Of a DNA stretch of 64,000 nt, positions 63,224-64,000 are shown piece after piece (the first letter of the stretch is position 1; each line of letters begins with the position of its first letter). The translations under genes were made by a program, and so were the position numbers. This DNA comes from Chloroflexota bacterium (GTDB lineage: Bacteria; Chloroflexota; Anaerolineae; Anaerolineales; Anaerolineaceae). The stretch covers positions 8,476-72,475 of the forward strand of contig JAJXZS010000019.1 of the NCBI GenBank assembly GCA_021779955.1, read 5' to 3'. Under the pieces are notes generated by a model that was given only the letters and a program-made list of their open reading frames with translations, did no database searches and had not been told where the DNA came from.

Positions 63224-64000
63224 CTATTTCTCCTGCCTGGCATCCAACGCCTTCTTCATCTTTTCAGGCGTGATGGGGATTTCGTAAAACTCGACACCCG
63301 TGGCGTTATAGATCGCATTAAGGATCGCAGGCGCGGCGCCGATTACAGAGTGCTCACCAATGCCACGCGCTCCAAACGGGCCCACAGCATCGGGCGTCTC
63401 GACAAACTCGACGGTCATCCTGGGTGCATCTTTGTACGTGGGCAAATGGTAGTTGAAGAAGTGCGGATTGCTCAGTCTGCCCTCAGCATCGAACTCCATC
63501 TTCTCATACAGCGTCGCGCCGATGGCCATCAGTGCGCCGCCCATCACTGATCCGCGGATCTGCTTGGGATTGATCACCTGGCCAACGTCATAGCTGGAGG
63601 CGAAATGATCGACGGTGATCTTGCCGGATTTCTTTTCGATGCGGATTTCTGCAGCCTGCACGCCGAAGGTATAGCTTACGCCGATACTCCCCTGCCCGTT
63701 TTTATCAGGGTTGGAGTAGCGCGGAAGACGCGCATCAGAAACCGCCTGTGCCACATCGCCAATGGTAATGCCATCATCCGTGATGTAGCCGCGGTTGATG
63801 TCTTTCACCGCCACCCGCACGGTGGGGTCATTACGCAGGAAAACGTACTCGCCGTCATACTCGAGGTAATCCTCATCCGTCTTGAGCACCTGGGCGGCAG
63901 TGTGCTTCAGGATGGCAATCAGCTTGTCCGCAGCGCGGATGATCGCCCGCCCGCCCTGGGTGGTAAACATCGAACCGATGGTCTGCCACTCATAAGGCGA
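63224..64000 (-). CDS. C-terminal part of the molybdopterin-binding large subunit (xanthine dehydrogenase family), running off the right edge
   Basis: GPFGARGIGE and the surrounding sequence are typical of the Ald_Xan_dh_C2 domain. The frame is open to the window end. Confidence 0.85.
   Translation of the reverse strand, partial: SPYEWQTIGSMFTTQGGRAIIRAADKLIAILKHTAAQVLKTDEDYLEYDGEYVFLRNDPTVRVAVKDINRGYITDDGITIGDVAQAVSDARLPRYSNPDKNGQGSIGVSYTFGVQAAEIRIEKKSGKITVDHFASSYDVGQVINPKQIRGSVMGGALMAIGATLYEKMEFDAEGRLSNPHFFNYHLPTYKDAPRMTVEFVETPDAVGPFGARGIGEHSVIGAAPAILNAIYNATGVEFYEIPITPEKMKKALDARQEK

Overview
All calls were made by eye from the sequence and the ORF track; no searches or software were run. 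This 64-kb window is mostly chromosomal housekeeping DNA. Gene content, PT-rich linkers and a T-box leader suggest a Chloroflexota (Anaerolineae-like) bacterium, but this taxonomy is unverified inference. I support about 58 protein-coding genes. These include dnaX-ybaB-recR, thrS-infC-rpmI-rplT, gyrA, pstSCAB, trxB, birA, plsY with a divergent degV, a PBP1A, an amidase plus two L,D-transpeptidases, and several hydrolases and transporters. There are four tRNAs: Sec-UCA, Ser-GGA, Val-GAC and Arg-CCT. The selenocysteine tRNA is hidden under a spurious ORF. There is also a Thr T-box leader, plus hand-found promoters and intrinsic terminators. No rRNA, CRISPR array, transposase or integrase was seen. 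The best accessory candidates are: (1) an AT-rich islet next to tRNA-Ser carrying a membrane-anchored TlpA-like thioredoxin and an 8-Cys secreted 99-aa protein, read in the same direction into a large FtsX/MacB-type ABC exporter; (2) tRNA-Val followed by 151-bp tandem repeats, each carrying a copy of the tRNA 3' half and a terminator, then a decayed stretch with a pseudogene, a 31-bp x3 repeat and REP-like elements; (3) a Cheo-type LexA box over the promoter of a stand-alone GyrI-like gene; (4) tandem divergent DarA/PstA-like PII paralogues; (5) an orphan HerA/YjgR-like ATPase paired divergently with a PP2C-like membrane protein; (6) an XRE regulator gene with no canonical start and an in-frame TGA; (7) a promoter-to-hairpin unit that could be a small RNA.
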